Part shown: one piece after another, positions 29,943-38,341 of the stretch
How positions within the stretch are numbered: position 1 is the first letter of the stretch
Layout: each line of letters begins with the position of its first letter
DNA from: Bythopirellula sp.
GTDB taxonomy: Bacteria; Planctomycetota; Planctomycetia; Pirellulales; Lacipirellulaceae
DNA: 64,000 nucleotides
Reading direction: 5' to 3'
Assembly: GCA_965216565.1 (NCBI GenBank)
Contig: OZ244170.1
Span: 3,584,001 to 3,648,000, forward strand
Notes under the pieces: generated by a model
What the model saw: only the letters and a program-made list of their open reading frames with translations
Databases searched by the model: none
What the model was told of the DNA's origin: nothing
Position numbers and translations under genes: made by a program

Positions 29943-30478
29943 CGACGCCCCTCCTCTCGCATACGCTCGTAGATTTCGCGCTGTTCCTCTTCGTTGTCGC
30001 ACTGCACAACGACTTGAAATAACTCGGGAATTTGCAATTCTGCTTCGGCCAGCGAATCTTCTCCGCCATTGGCATGTGCTCCCGTCTGCAATTGATCCAG
30101 CATTTCGGCGACATGCGGACTATCGAAATCGCATAGCCCCAGCAAGTCGTCTACCTGGCCCATGTTTGTTTCAGCCAACGCCGCCAGGGGATCGTGCGTT
30201 AACAGAATCTTCAGGGCTTCCTCTTCGTTCACGTCGAGCACCAACACCGGCACCTTGGCATCAGGTGTGGTTTCGGCGCGGAGATGCCCATCAATTAATT
30301 CCAATCGGCCGTCCTCCAATTCTCTGGCCAGCAGTGCATCGGCATAGCCAATCTCCGCAAGCACGCCGCATAAGGCATCGCGTTGTGCGGGAGGATGGCT
30401 ACGCCAATTCCTGGGATTAGGCACCAAGTCGCTGGCCCGAACGCGACGCAGCTCTTTTATGCGATCCTGTATTTGCAT
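29921..30478 (-). CDS. ParB N-terminal domain protein (terminase-linked)
   Basis: LVPNPRNWRSHP, IGYADALL and LIDGHLR motifs. Confidence 0.85.
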   Translation of the reverse strand: MQIQDRIKELRRVRASDLVPNPRNWRSHPPAQRDALCGVLAEIGYADALLARELEDGRLELIDGHLRAETTPDAKVPVLVLDVNEEEALKILLTHDPLAALAETNMGQVDDLLGLCDFDSPHVAEMLDQLQTGAHANGGEDSLAEAELQIPELFQVVVQCDNEEEQREIYERMREEGRRCRVLTL

Positions 30479-30505
30479 CTAATGACTTTCTCTGCAATCA
30501 GTCGC

Positions 30506-30805
30506 TTAATGCTGTTTAAGCAACTGCCTGACCAAGTCGCGGACCTCTTTGATTTCGCTGCGCAGTTCCGTCCGCATGCGTTGGTTGCCTATCTCGATGG
30601 CTGCCAATCGGGCTTGAACTTCGCCGATTTCCCGAGTGGAAACGTAGTCTCTCGCATTCCTGGTAGCGAAGTCTTCCTCGGGTTCCGACGGCGACGCCAC
30701 CGTGGTGGCCACGGCACCCAGAATTGCCGTAATCAATGTCGCCGCCGCAGGCCAACTTAGCTCTCTGCGATGGGGCTTCGTTTGCGATGGTTCAGTTTGG
30801 TCCAT
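30506..30805 (-). CDS. Small single-TM coiled-coil protein (holin/spanin-like?)
   Basis: WPAAATLITAILGAVATTVA hydrophobic segment followed by a heptad-rich tail. Confidence 0.55.
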   Translation of the reverse strand: MDQTEPSQTKPHRRELSWPAAATLITAILGAVATTVASPSEPEEDFATRNARDYVSTREIGEVQARLAAIEIGNQRMRTELRSEIKEVRDLVRQLLKQH

Positions 30806-30820
30806 ACACCTGGGCCCTTC

Positions 30821-31501
30821 CTATTGAACTTTTCCACCTGCGGTTTCGGAACGTAAGTTAGGCGAGTCACCTGGCCCCAGTGGCTCTTCGCTTGGCCGTA
30901 CACCAGCCGCCATATCGGTACGATTCGCATCGCCAGCAAACGCATTGAGGTATTCCAAAACTTGCACGTAGTTGCCGTACATTCGCATCGAATCGTTGAC
31001 GTAAATAAACGTGCCGCGAAATCGACTTTCCAGGCGCGTCCAATTGCAGATAGCTCGATCAATCGCGCCTAGCAGAATCAGCGCGTTCTGACTGCGGAAG
31101 TTGAGTTGACTGCTGACGGGGATATTGGGATCGCTACCGTCTACCGCCCAGGGCAACGCAATCAAGCCACCAGGAGCGTCCTGAACGTCGTCGCCGCCAA
31201 AGGGCTCGGTCGAACCCAATAGAGTTTGGTTCGAGTCGATCGCACGCTCGATAAGTTCTCCCAGCGGAGTTTTCTCCGGATTGTAGGTCACCCGGCGACG
31301 CATCCGATCGCAGGCTAATAAATGTGAGATGTAGTGCGACTTGGTGGTATTATCGAGACCGCCCCGCACACCGAACTCATCGTTTGAAACCACTTCGCTG
31401 CGAAAATCGAACAGGGGTCCCAACGCGGCCACGATATGTAAGTTGCGAAATTCAGAGATTGCCCGACGAAATTGTTCTTGTCCTGGGTCACCAGCTGGCA
31501 T
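30821..31501 (-). CDS. Hypothetical protein of the capsid cluster
   Basis: 226-aa ORF with AAGGAG RBS. Confidence 0.7.
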   Translation of the reverse strand: MPAGDPGQEQFRRAISEFRNLHIVAALGPLFDFRSEVVSNDEFGVRGGLDNTTKSHYISHLLACDRMRRRVTYNPEKTPLGELIERAIDSNQTLLGSTEPFGGDDVQDAPGGLIALPWAVDGSDPNIPVSSQLNFRSQNALILLGAIDRAICNWTRLESRFRGTFIYVNDSMRMYGNYVQVLEYLNAFAGDANRTDMAAGVRPSEEPLGPGDSPNLRSETAGGKVQ

Positions 31502-31503
31502 GG

Positions 31504-31857
31504 TTAGTTCTCCTTTGTCTGAACTTGAAGTTTGGTGGGAGCAATTTCATTGAACCGCTCTCGTAAATCTCTTCTCAACGCGTCAGCCCAACTTCGCTCG
31601 TCCTGCGACGAACGGTCACTGTCGGCAATCGCATCGAGTCGATCGAGTGCAAGCCTTCCTGCAACCGCATCTTGTAACGGGTCACGTCCCTCATGTCGCG
31701 AAAGTTGTAGAAGTTGTCGAGCCTCATGGTCGTCTCGCTGGATGGGTTGAAATATGGCCGCCGATTCGTCGGCGACCTCCTCTTCTTCCTTAGATGCTGC
31801 GGTTGATTGCTGCGTACTATTCCCCGAGAAAGGGACGCCGACGACCTCGGGCGTCGT
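31504..31857 (-). CDS. Start-less helical ORF, possibly a frameshift extension of the protease
   Basis: 117 sense codons (...QRDDHEARQLLQLSRHEGRDPLQDAVAGRLALDRLD...KEN*); it fills the gap and stops 2 nt before the next ATG; no ATG or GTG, and the only TTG is near the 3' end. Confidence 0.6.
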   Translation of the reverse strand, partial: TTPEVVGVPFSGNSTQQSTAASKEEEEVADESAAIFQPIQRDDHEARQLLQLSRHEGRDPLQDAVAGRLALDRLDAIADSDRSSQDERSWADALRRDLRERFNEIAPTKLQVQTKEN

Positions 31858-32908
31858 TCAATCGGTTCTTCATTCCGCGTCCCACTAGCCAACCAGCCAC
31901 CGTCCCAACGGCCAGCACTGCCCAGCCTGCGGGACCGCTGAGCCCGAGAGTCGTGGCGATCTTACTGCCAACGTGTTTCCCAACACCGACGCTTCTTGAG
32001 GCAACCAGGCTCCTCACTTTTTCTAGAATCGAATCTTGCTGGGAATCAAGTTGTTGCCGGGTCGCATAGTCGCCACTCGGTTGCTTTTTCCGCTCGAGCC
32101 TCTCAACGTCGGCCGCCAATCGATCAAGGCGCGCGTCTCGCACAATTGAAGATTCTTCGCGCTCGGCGATCCGTGGCTGTTGGGGATGCTGTGGAATCGG
32201 CGTGAGAGGCTGCGCGGGTTCGGGCATGGCAGGGCGAGGACAGAGTCCGTTAGGGCAGTTCACCACAACCTGCTGTTTGCGACCGAGAACTCTACCTACA
32301 AAGCTTCGCAAGGGACGCCCGCAGCTGGCATACGTTACCCCATCTCGCTGGCCCCAAACCACCGCAACGAGCTGGCCGCGGTCATTGAACACCCCGCCCC
32401 CAGAGTCGCCCGTTCGCACTGCACTTCCCAACAACACACTCGTCTGCCCTTGCTGATTCGAAGTACCCACGGCCAGGCCCGAAACACATCGATACTGACC
32501 CGACTGGCCATACCCACAGGCGGTCAAGTTTGATTTCTGATTTAGTTCAAACGCCACAGGCGCTGGTTGCACAGGTGGATTGGCGATCACGAGCGCTGCC
32601 AGGTCAGCAGATTCATCAAGCGCGACTAACCGTGCCCCGTACGTACGGCCACTGGCAAACTGCACTACAATCTTCCCCGTACCTTCGCGAAACAGGTGCC
32701 AGCAACTGAGCACCAGCCCCGCACGCTGGTCGTTCGAGCAATCGATCAACGTACCGCTGCCGACGTTCGAGAAACCTGATAGCTGGTTGAGGACGCGACA
32801 CGACGCCTCCGCAGGTACGCTTGCCTCTGACCTTGTTGCACATAGCGATATCAAAGCCCCGAGCGCGAATGCAATGGTAAGCTTCTTAGAAATCGGTAGG
32901 TTTCGCAT
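31817..32908 (-). CDS. Secreted trypsin-like serine protease with C-terminal membrane segment
   Basis: Signal peptide; GSGTLI, LSCWHL, DLAAL and GDSGGGV catalytic triad motifs; C-terminal GPAGWAVLAVG.VAGWLV. Confidence 0.88.
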   Translation of the reverse strand: MRNLPISKKLTIAFALGALISLCATRSEASVPAEASCRVLNQLSGFSNVGSGTLIDCSNDQRAGLVLSCWHLFREGTGKIVVQFASGRTYGARLVALDESADLAALVIANPPVQPAPVAFELNQKSNLTACGYGQSGQYRCVSGLAVGTSNQQGQTSVLLGSAVRTGDSGGGVFNDRGQLVAVVWGQRDGVTYASCGRPLRSFVGRVLGRKQQVVVNCPNGLCPRPAMPEPAQPLTPIPQHPQQPRIAEREESSIVRDARLDRLAADVERLERKKQPSGDYATRQQLDSQQDSILEKVRSLVASRSVGVGKHVGSKIATTLGLSGPAGWAVLAVGTVAGWLVGRGMKNRLNDARGRRRPFLGE

Positions 32909-32909
32909 C

Positions 32910-33500
32910 TTAGACCCCCGCCAATGTAAAGCGATATCGATAGAACGGACTACGGGCCAGATCGGCGGGTTCTGTCACCCGGTCGGCCAAGTGCGGCACC
33001 GGATCGATGCCTCCCCCTACACGATCAGCCAGAGCGCAGGCTTCTGAGCAAAACGGCGGTCGGCTGGTAATCTTTAGATCATCCATATCTGGACGCACCC
33101 ACAATCGCCACATCGGCATGTGCCGCAACGCGGCGAGGAGCACGCCGAAATATCCGTAGTCGCAGCCAGCCAACCGCCGAATGTACCTCACAGCACCCGG
33201 TTGGTCGTAACCTCGCCAACGATCGCCGGGATTGGTTTCGAACACGTCAATCGATCCGGGCAGTCGTGCCACCTGGCTTTCCAGTGTCACGGCACGGCCT
33301 CCCTGCAGTTCGCGCACTTCGCAGCAAAACAAGGTATCGCCCCACCAAACCGCTCGCGCCGCATGGGTGTATTCGCTACGACCCGCGATGCGAATCAAGC
33401 GTGCCAAGAATCCGCGACCTCGAAAGAGCAATAGATCGCCGTCGCAGATGCGATCTTCCGCGTGCCGAAGCAACAACAAGGATCGAAAGTTGGTTTCCAA
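32910..33500 (-). CDS. Permuted papain-like (YiiX/YaeF, NlpC/P60) protein
   Basis: DGDLLLFRG, YTHAA, G.DY, FCSE and VTEPADL motifs; GGAGGGG RBS before TTG 33500. Confidence 0.75.
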   Translation of the reverse strand: METNFRSLLLLRHAEDRICDGDLLLFRGRGFLARLIRIAGRSEYTHAARAVWWGDTLFCCEVRELQGGRAVTLESQVARLPGSIDVFETNPGDRWRGYDQPGAVRYIRRLAGCDYGYFGVLLAALRHMPMWRLWVRPDMDDLKITSRPPFCSEACALADRVGGGIDPVPHLADRVTEPADLARSPFYRYRFTLAGV

Positions 33501-33527
33501 GAGTGTTTCGCCCCTCCGAGTGCGCAC

Positions 33528-33570
33528 AAAAAAAGCCCGGCGAGAACACAATGGTCCTCAGCCGGGCTCT
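33528..33570 (-). terminator. Intrinsic terminator/attenuator in the leader of the cluster's first gene
   Basis: AGCCCGGC-TGAGGACCATTGTGTTCTC-GCCGGGCT followed by a T run. Confidence 0.8.
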
Positions 33571-33910
33571 TCGGATACCTGCATTAGGCTCTGGTAGATA
33601 CCTCAACGACAAGAGCTAACTTATCGCAAAGCGTGGCCCAAGTTCAAAGAGAAAGTGAGAAGATTTCGAACGCGCCTTGGCATGACTCGATAGCAACGAC
33701 GGTCCTTGGCTTCGGAATAACATCAACACTAAGATGTTCTTAGTGAGCCTTCCCCTAGATGCGTCGGCCGATGAAACCCTGTGCAGGTTAGTAAGAGTGG
33801 ATATGCTCCAGCTTTGGATGTAACTACAATGTACATCCGCTACATAGAAACGTGTCCGCCACTACTTTCAATGCCATGATAAAACTTGTCCTCTCTTACA
33901 GGCCATCCCT

Positions 33911-34603
33911 ATGCACTTGAAATACGAGAACAGAGTTTTCGGAGAACCTCTACAACTCCTTGACCCTCCTAACTCTCGACTCATGTGGCAAACCCTAGGT
34001 CCTGCGTGGCGTATATCAAGTGGTAACGTTTATCGCTTGAGCTTTTTCCCATCCGTTGACGGCATACAGAAAATTCGGTCTTCCGACATGGCGTTTCCAG
34101 AGGAATGTTGCGTCTGTAGCGAGCCTTCAACGTGTATGCTTCCAATCAGGCCACGGTCGTGGATGCGTTATTTACTAGAGAGATTCGGATGGAAAGAGCC
34201 ACTGAGTATTCCTCATTGCAAAAAGCACTCAAATAGAAGATATGCTGTTTTTTGCGGTGGTTTCTACCTCATTGGCTCACCAGAAGTTCGGTGCTATTGC
34301 CTAGGGCTTAACCAACAATTCCTAGAGAAGATCCGTGACTCTTATTCAGAAGGGGAATGCCAACCGCCTTGGGAATTTGCACCTAGACATCATTGTGATA
34401 GTGGCTGGCACCTCAGTACCGTTGAAGAGAACTGGGTAGGTAACTATTGGCGTCCATTTTGGACCAGTTTGAATGAAATAGAAAGGCTAGAGTATCTAAA
34501 GCGATGGAACGCTGACGAAACCTGGAGGGCTTCCTTTCTGAATAAAGACGGTGCATGGCACAGAAGAAGCGACGAAAAATACTGGACTGCCGACTCTAAA
34601 TGA
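33911..34603 (+). CDS. Hypothetical protein (Cys/His-rich N-part, Trp-rich PPW domain), AT-richer
   Basis: 230-aa ORF; CCVC...HCKKH; PPW...W...YWRPFW..L...ER.EYL. Confidence 0.6.
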   Translation: MHLKYENRVFGEPLQLLDPPNSRLMWQTLGPAWRISSGNVYRLSFFPSVDGIQKIRSSDMAFPEECCVCSEPSTCMLPIRPRSWMRYLLERFGWKEPLSIPHCKKHSNRRYAVFCGGFYLIGSPEVRCYCLGLNQQFLEKIRDSYSEGECQPPWEFAPRHHCDSGWHLSTVEENWVGNYWRPFWTSLNEIERLEYLKRWNADETWRASFLNKDGAWHRRSDEKYWTADSK

Positions 34604-34762
34604 AAATCCCAGCATTCACCTCGTCAAAATCTTGATTACCGAGAATTGTGCTTATTTACCAGGTATTTTTGCCATCACTTACGTAGTGCGACCAGCAAAT
34701 CGGCTTTTGGATGAGCTACACCGGCGTGAAACGCCTGGGCAGGAGAAATCAACAGAAACTAC

Positions 34763-35824
34763 TCAACGTCCAGCGAAGTTTCGCCGGCTCGCGATGCGGC
34801 CATTGTGGTCGCGCTCGTAGATACTGAACTCTGCCCACACGGGAAAGTGATCGGAAACCTCTAAGGCTTGCTTCTGAGTGAGGTTGTAGAGTCGCATGAC
34901 ATCTAGCACACCCGATCGGCCTGCGTACTCAGTCGTCGAGGCTTGGTGAATCAGAATGTTGTCGTACTGCTTATTCTGCCGCGTGTTGGTCCAGACGCCG
35001 GAAATCAATGGGTAGATACCAGGGAGTTCACCCAGACGCCGCATATGGCGATCGTCGGCGTTGAAGTCACCGAGCAATATAATGTCGTCCTCACCACGAC
35101 TCGATCGCCGTACCACGCGATACACCTCGGCCAGCGCGTCGAGTTCATGCTGCAAGACTTTAGAACTGGGGTCTGTATGCGTGTTAATCAAAGTGAACGT
35201 AAATGCTTCGTCCGGATTCGCTTGGCGGGCTCGGAAGGTGGCCACCAACGGCTCGCGATGAAGCATGTTATCGGGGTCGCCAATCGTGTAGACACTCTGA
35301 TGATCGATCTCCACGGTGGCTGAATTGAAGATGTACGCGTACTGTTCTTTTTGAGTCGTATTACCAATGCGTCGGCCAATTACATAGTCGAAACGAGAGC
35401 CAGATTGATTGATCAACTTGATGAAGTTGGGAATCAGGTATTCATCTTTAGAACTAATTTCCTGAACGGCTACGACATCGAATTTTCTGACGATATCAGC
35501 CAGTGAATGCATGACGTACGTTTTGCTGGACTTCTTTTTACCGAAGTCCTGGATATTGTACGAAGCAATCCGCAGCAAAGGCCCGCTGTCGGGACCTGTA
35601 TCGATGGCGGCACCGGCCTGTGCCGGATATTGTTGTTCCGCCGAAGCCGGAGTGGGCGCGGGCTGTTGCCAAGCACCGGGAGTTTGGTAGTTCCCCGAAG
35701 TGCGAGATTCTCGCGGTTGGTTGCGAGCTGACTGGCCAAGTTGGTCTAGACCTCCCCCTTGCAGGAATAGGTATCCAAACCCACCCATGATTCCCAGCGT
35801 GATCAATGAGAAAAAGCGCTGCAC
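34763..35824 (-). CDS. Endonuclease/exonuclease/phosphatase (DNase I-like), membrane-anchored
   Basis: IASYNIQ, AVQEI, REP, LGDFNAD, YDNI and SDHFPV motifs. Confidence 0.9.
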   Translation of the reverse strand: MQRFFSLITLGIMGGFGYLFLQGGGLDQLGQSARNQPRESRTSGNYQTPGAWQQPAPTPASAEQQYPAQAGAAIDTGPDSGPLLRIASYNIQDFGKKKSSKTYVMHSLADIVRKFDVVAVQEISSKDEYLIPNFIKLINQSGSRFDYVIGRRIGNTTQKEQYAYIFNSATVEIDHQSVYTIGDPDNMLHREPLVATFRARQANPDEAFTFTLINTHTDPSSKVLQHELDALAEVYRVVRRSSRGEDDIILLGDFNADDRHMRRLGELPGIYPLISGVWTNTRQNKQYDNILIHQASTTEYAGRSGVLDVMRLYNLTQKQALEVSDHFPVWAEFSIYERDHNGRIASRRNFAGR

Positions 35825-36025
35825 AAGCCCCTCCTTGGGCGACGTGCGATTATAGAGTCTCTTAACTTATCGTCCGTTTGCCAAACTTTACCGAAACCAA
35901 AACGCGCATGAACAAACGAAGCGAGAAGAAAAATCGAGGTAAGTTATCCAACTTTACAAGAACGAGCCAGACAGGCCAGTGCTAGCAATCCGCAATGAGA
36001 AAGTGCAGCAAAGAAATGCGCTGTG

Positions 36026-36580
36026 CTAGCTGTTGGCGAGCGACACCAAATGTTCCAGCTCGGGAACAATCACTTCCTCCATTGCCAGTCGCACTGCAGG
36101 CGTGGAACCTGGCATCGTGAGCACGACTGTCTGGTTTCGAAGTCCGCCTAAGGCGCGGCTTAGCATCGCGGCGGTGCCGATTTCTCGGTAACTGAGCATT
36201 CGCAACAATTCGCCATAACCGGGCAACTCCTTGGTGAGCAAACCAGCAATTGCCTCTGGTGTTTGATCTCGGCTAGAGATCCCCGTGCCGCCGGTAATGA
36301 GAACGACGTCGACGTCTTTACGATCAGCAAAGTCGCGCACTAATTGGGAGATAGCGGTAGGCTCATCCGCAACGATCTCTCGCGCAGCAACCCGATGTCC
36401 GGCCCATTCGAGAAACTGCACGATCGTTTGTCCACTACTGTCGGAGTCTAGATCCCGGGAATCGCTTACTGTGAGAATCGCGCAGCTGACGCTCTCTGGA
36501 GCGGCTTCGCGGTGCTGCTCGACTGGATCCTTACTCTCAGAATCCCTCATCTCTGAATCGCCGCTCTCTGGGCCAGCCAT
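36026..36580 (-). CDS. moaB: Molybdenum cofactor biosynthesis protein MoaB/MogA
   Basis: LTVSD, ITGGTG...RDQTPEA, LSRA and MPGS motifs. Confidence 0.88.
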   Translation of the reverse strand: MAGPESGDSEMRDSESKDPVEQHREAAPESVSCAILTVSDSRDLDSDSSGQTIVQFLEWAGHRVAAREIVADEPTAISQLVRDFADRKDVDVVLITGGTGISSRDQTPEAIAGLLTKELPGYGELLRMLSYREIGTAAMLSRALGGLRNQTVVLTMPGSTPAVRLAMEEVIVPELEHLVSLANS

Positions 36581-36676
36581 TTTATGTTCTCCTGCATCGG
36601 TTCCATTAGCTATAATTGAGCATAGGGAACATTTGATACCAATGTAACCGAAACCGGAACAACAGAGCCTGTTCGC

Positions 36677-37879
36677 ATGAGATTTTTGTTGCCAATTTTC
36701 GTAGTGGCGATCTCCGCTTTAGCCGCGTGTAGTGATCCGACCCGTGCCGACGTATTCGAGCTTGAGGATGGAGGGCGAATTGTCGGCACGCTGATCGAGC
36801 ATGGTAATGAAGGGGAATCCGTCATTCGCAGCGAGTCGGGGGCTCTGGTCACTCTCGAAGAGAGTCAAATTCGCAAGGTCGTCCGTGTAAGCGACGATTT
36901 ATTGGAATATCAGCAACGCAGCCGTTCGATCCCCGACACCGTCGGAGCGCATCACCGATTAGCTGCCTGGTGCAAAGAGCATCAACTTTCTCGTCAGCGA
37001 AAGCACCACTTACAGCGCGTCTTAGAACTTGACCCCAGCGACCGAGAGGCTCGCATGAGTCTGGGCTATCAAGAACATCAGGGCCGCTGGCTCACTCGCG
37101 ACCAAATCATGCAGGCGTGGGGCCTGGAGATGTACAAGGGGGACTACCGCTCCGTACAGGAGATTGCGCTCCTGAAACGTCGTGACAAATATGAAAACGC
37201 GGACGCCGAGTGGTTCGACAAGCTCAGGTTATGGCGACGTTGGCTCGATAGTCGCAGACGCGACGAGGCACTGGCCAATCTTCGAGATGTCCGCGACCCC
37301 GTGGCCGCTCCCGCGCTGATTAAGCTGCTGAACAAGGAACGCAATCTGGAGGTTCAGGAACTGTACCTTTCCATTCTAGGAGAACTCCCTCATGCGGCGG
37401 CCATCGAGAAGCTGGTCGAGTTTTCCATCTACGATCCACTCCCTGAAATCCGCGAACTGTGCCTCGAGAGTTTGCTTCGCAATCATCAACCGTTGCCGCT
37501 GACTCCCTATACGAAGGCCTTGAGAAGTCGAGACAACGATCATGTTCGGCAAGCGGCTGCGGCTTTACATCGCATCGGAAATACCGAAGCGATCAGTCCC
37601 TTAATCGATGCCTTAGTAACGACCCACAAGTACAAGAACCTTAATGCTCCGCCAGGAGAGATGAATGCTTCGTTCTCGCCGTCCGGCGGCGGTGGAGGGT
37701 TGAGCATGGGCGGAAACAAGAACAAGGTAATTCGTGTTGTGAAGCACAACGACGAGGTCCTCCGAGCCCTGGTCGATCTCTCAGGCGGCCAAAATTACGA
37801 ATTCAACGAGGAAGCCTGGCGACGCTGGTACGTAAATACCCAAATCTACGAAAACGTCGACGCTCGGCGTGATGAATAG
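36677..37879 (+). CDS. Secreted HEAT-repeat protein
   Basis: Signal peptide; LAAWC..H, LGY...GRW and HEAT-like repeats. Confidence 0.7.
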   Translation: MRFLLPIFVVAISALAACSDPTRADVFELEDGGRIVGTLIEHGNEGESVIRSESGALVTLEESQIRKVVRVSDDLLEYQQRSRSIPDTVGAHHRLAAWCKEHQLSRQRKHHLQRVLELDPSDREARMSLGYQEHQGRWLTRDQIMQAWGLEMYKGDYRSVQEIALLKRRDKYENADAEWFDKLRLWRRWLDSRRRDEALANLRDVRDPVAAPALIKLLNKERNLEVQELYLSILGELPHAAAIEKLVEFSIYDPLPEIRELCLESLLRNHQPLPLTPYTKALRSRDNDHVRQAAAALHRIGNTEAISPLIDALVTTHKYKNLNAPPGEMNASFSPSGGGGGLSMGGNKNKVIRVVKHNDEVLRALVDLSGGQNYEFNEEAWRRWYVNTQIYENVDARRDE

Positions 37880-37937
37880 AGTTATCACCACTCAATACGT
37901 TTCGTTTCGACCCTGACAACTCATAACGGATTAGTTC

Positions 37938-38315
37938 ATGTCACAACCTACCGTCGCGATCGTTGGTGCTAGTGCTGACCGAGAAAAATTTGGCAACAAA
38001 TCAGTCCGCGCTCATGTGGCCCAAGGGTACGAAGTATTTCCTGTGAATCCCAAAGGCGGAGAGATCGAGGGCCTGACCGTTTTCAAAACCCTCGCCGAGA
38101 TTCCTGCCGAACGCCTCAACCGCATCAGCATGTACGTACCGCCCCAAGTGGGACTCGCGATGATCGACCAGATTGCCGCTCAGGGTTGCGACGAACTGTG
38201 GCTCAACCCGGGTAGCGATAGCCCCGAGCTAACTGAACGTGCCCGCGAACTGGGCCTGGAACCCATCACCGCCTGCAGCATCGTCGACGTCGGCATAAGC
38301 CCGAGTGAACTATAA
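37938..38315 (+). CDS. CoA-binding protein
   Basis: VAIVGAS..R.KFGN, FPVNP and LWLNPG motifs. Confidence 0.88.
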   Translation: MSQPTVAIVGASADREKFGNKSVRAHVAQGYEVFPVNPKGGEIEGLTVFKTLAEIPAERLNRISMYVPPQVGLAMIDQIAAQGCDELWLNPGSDSPELTERARELGLEPITACSIVDVGISPSEL

Positions 38316-38341
38316 AGCTAATTCTGCGGCTCAAAGTTCTT

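Larger units (their letters stand above)
19393..33610 (-). mobile_element. Phage-derived head/packaging gene cluster with no recognisable tail, integrase or replication genes (GTA-like or domesticated prophage)
   Basis: Co-oriented, tightly packed terminase, portal, protease, decoration, capsid and head-completion ORFs. Confidence 0.85.

Noticed and set aside
31575..31892. 105-aa minus-strand ORF from the track
   Set aside because: Arg/Ser-rich and not protein-like; the overlapping start-less frame 31504-31857 fits the gap better
33501..33551. Upstream start for the YiiX-like ORF
   Set aside because: Lies inside the terminator hairpin; the RBS supports TTG 33500
18700..34760. Complete inducible prophage, or PICI/cf-PICI
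   Set aside because: No integrase, primase/replication gene, att direct repeat or flanking tRNA found by eye; short att sites could have been missed
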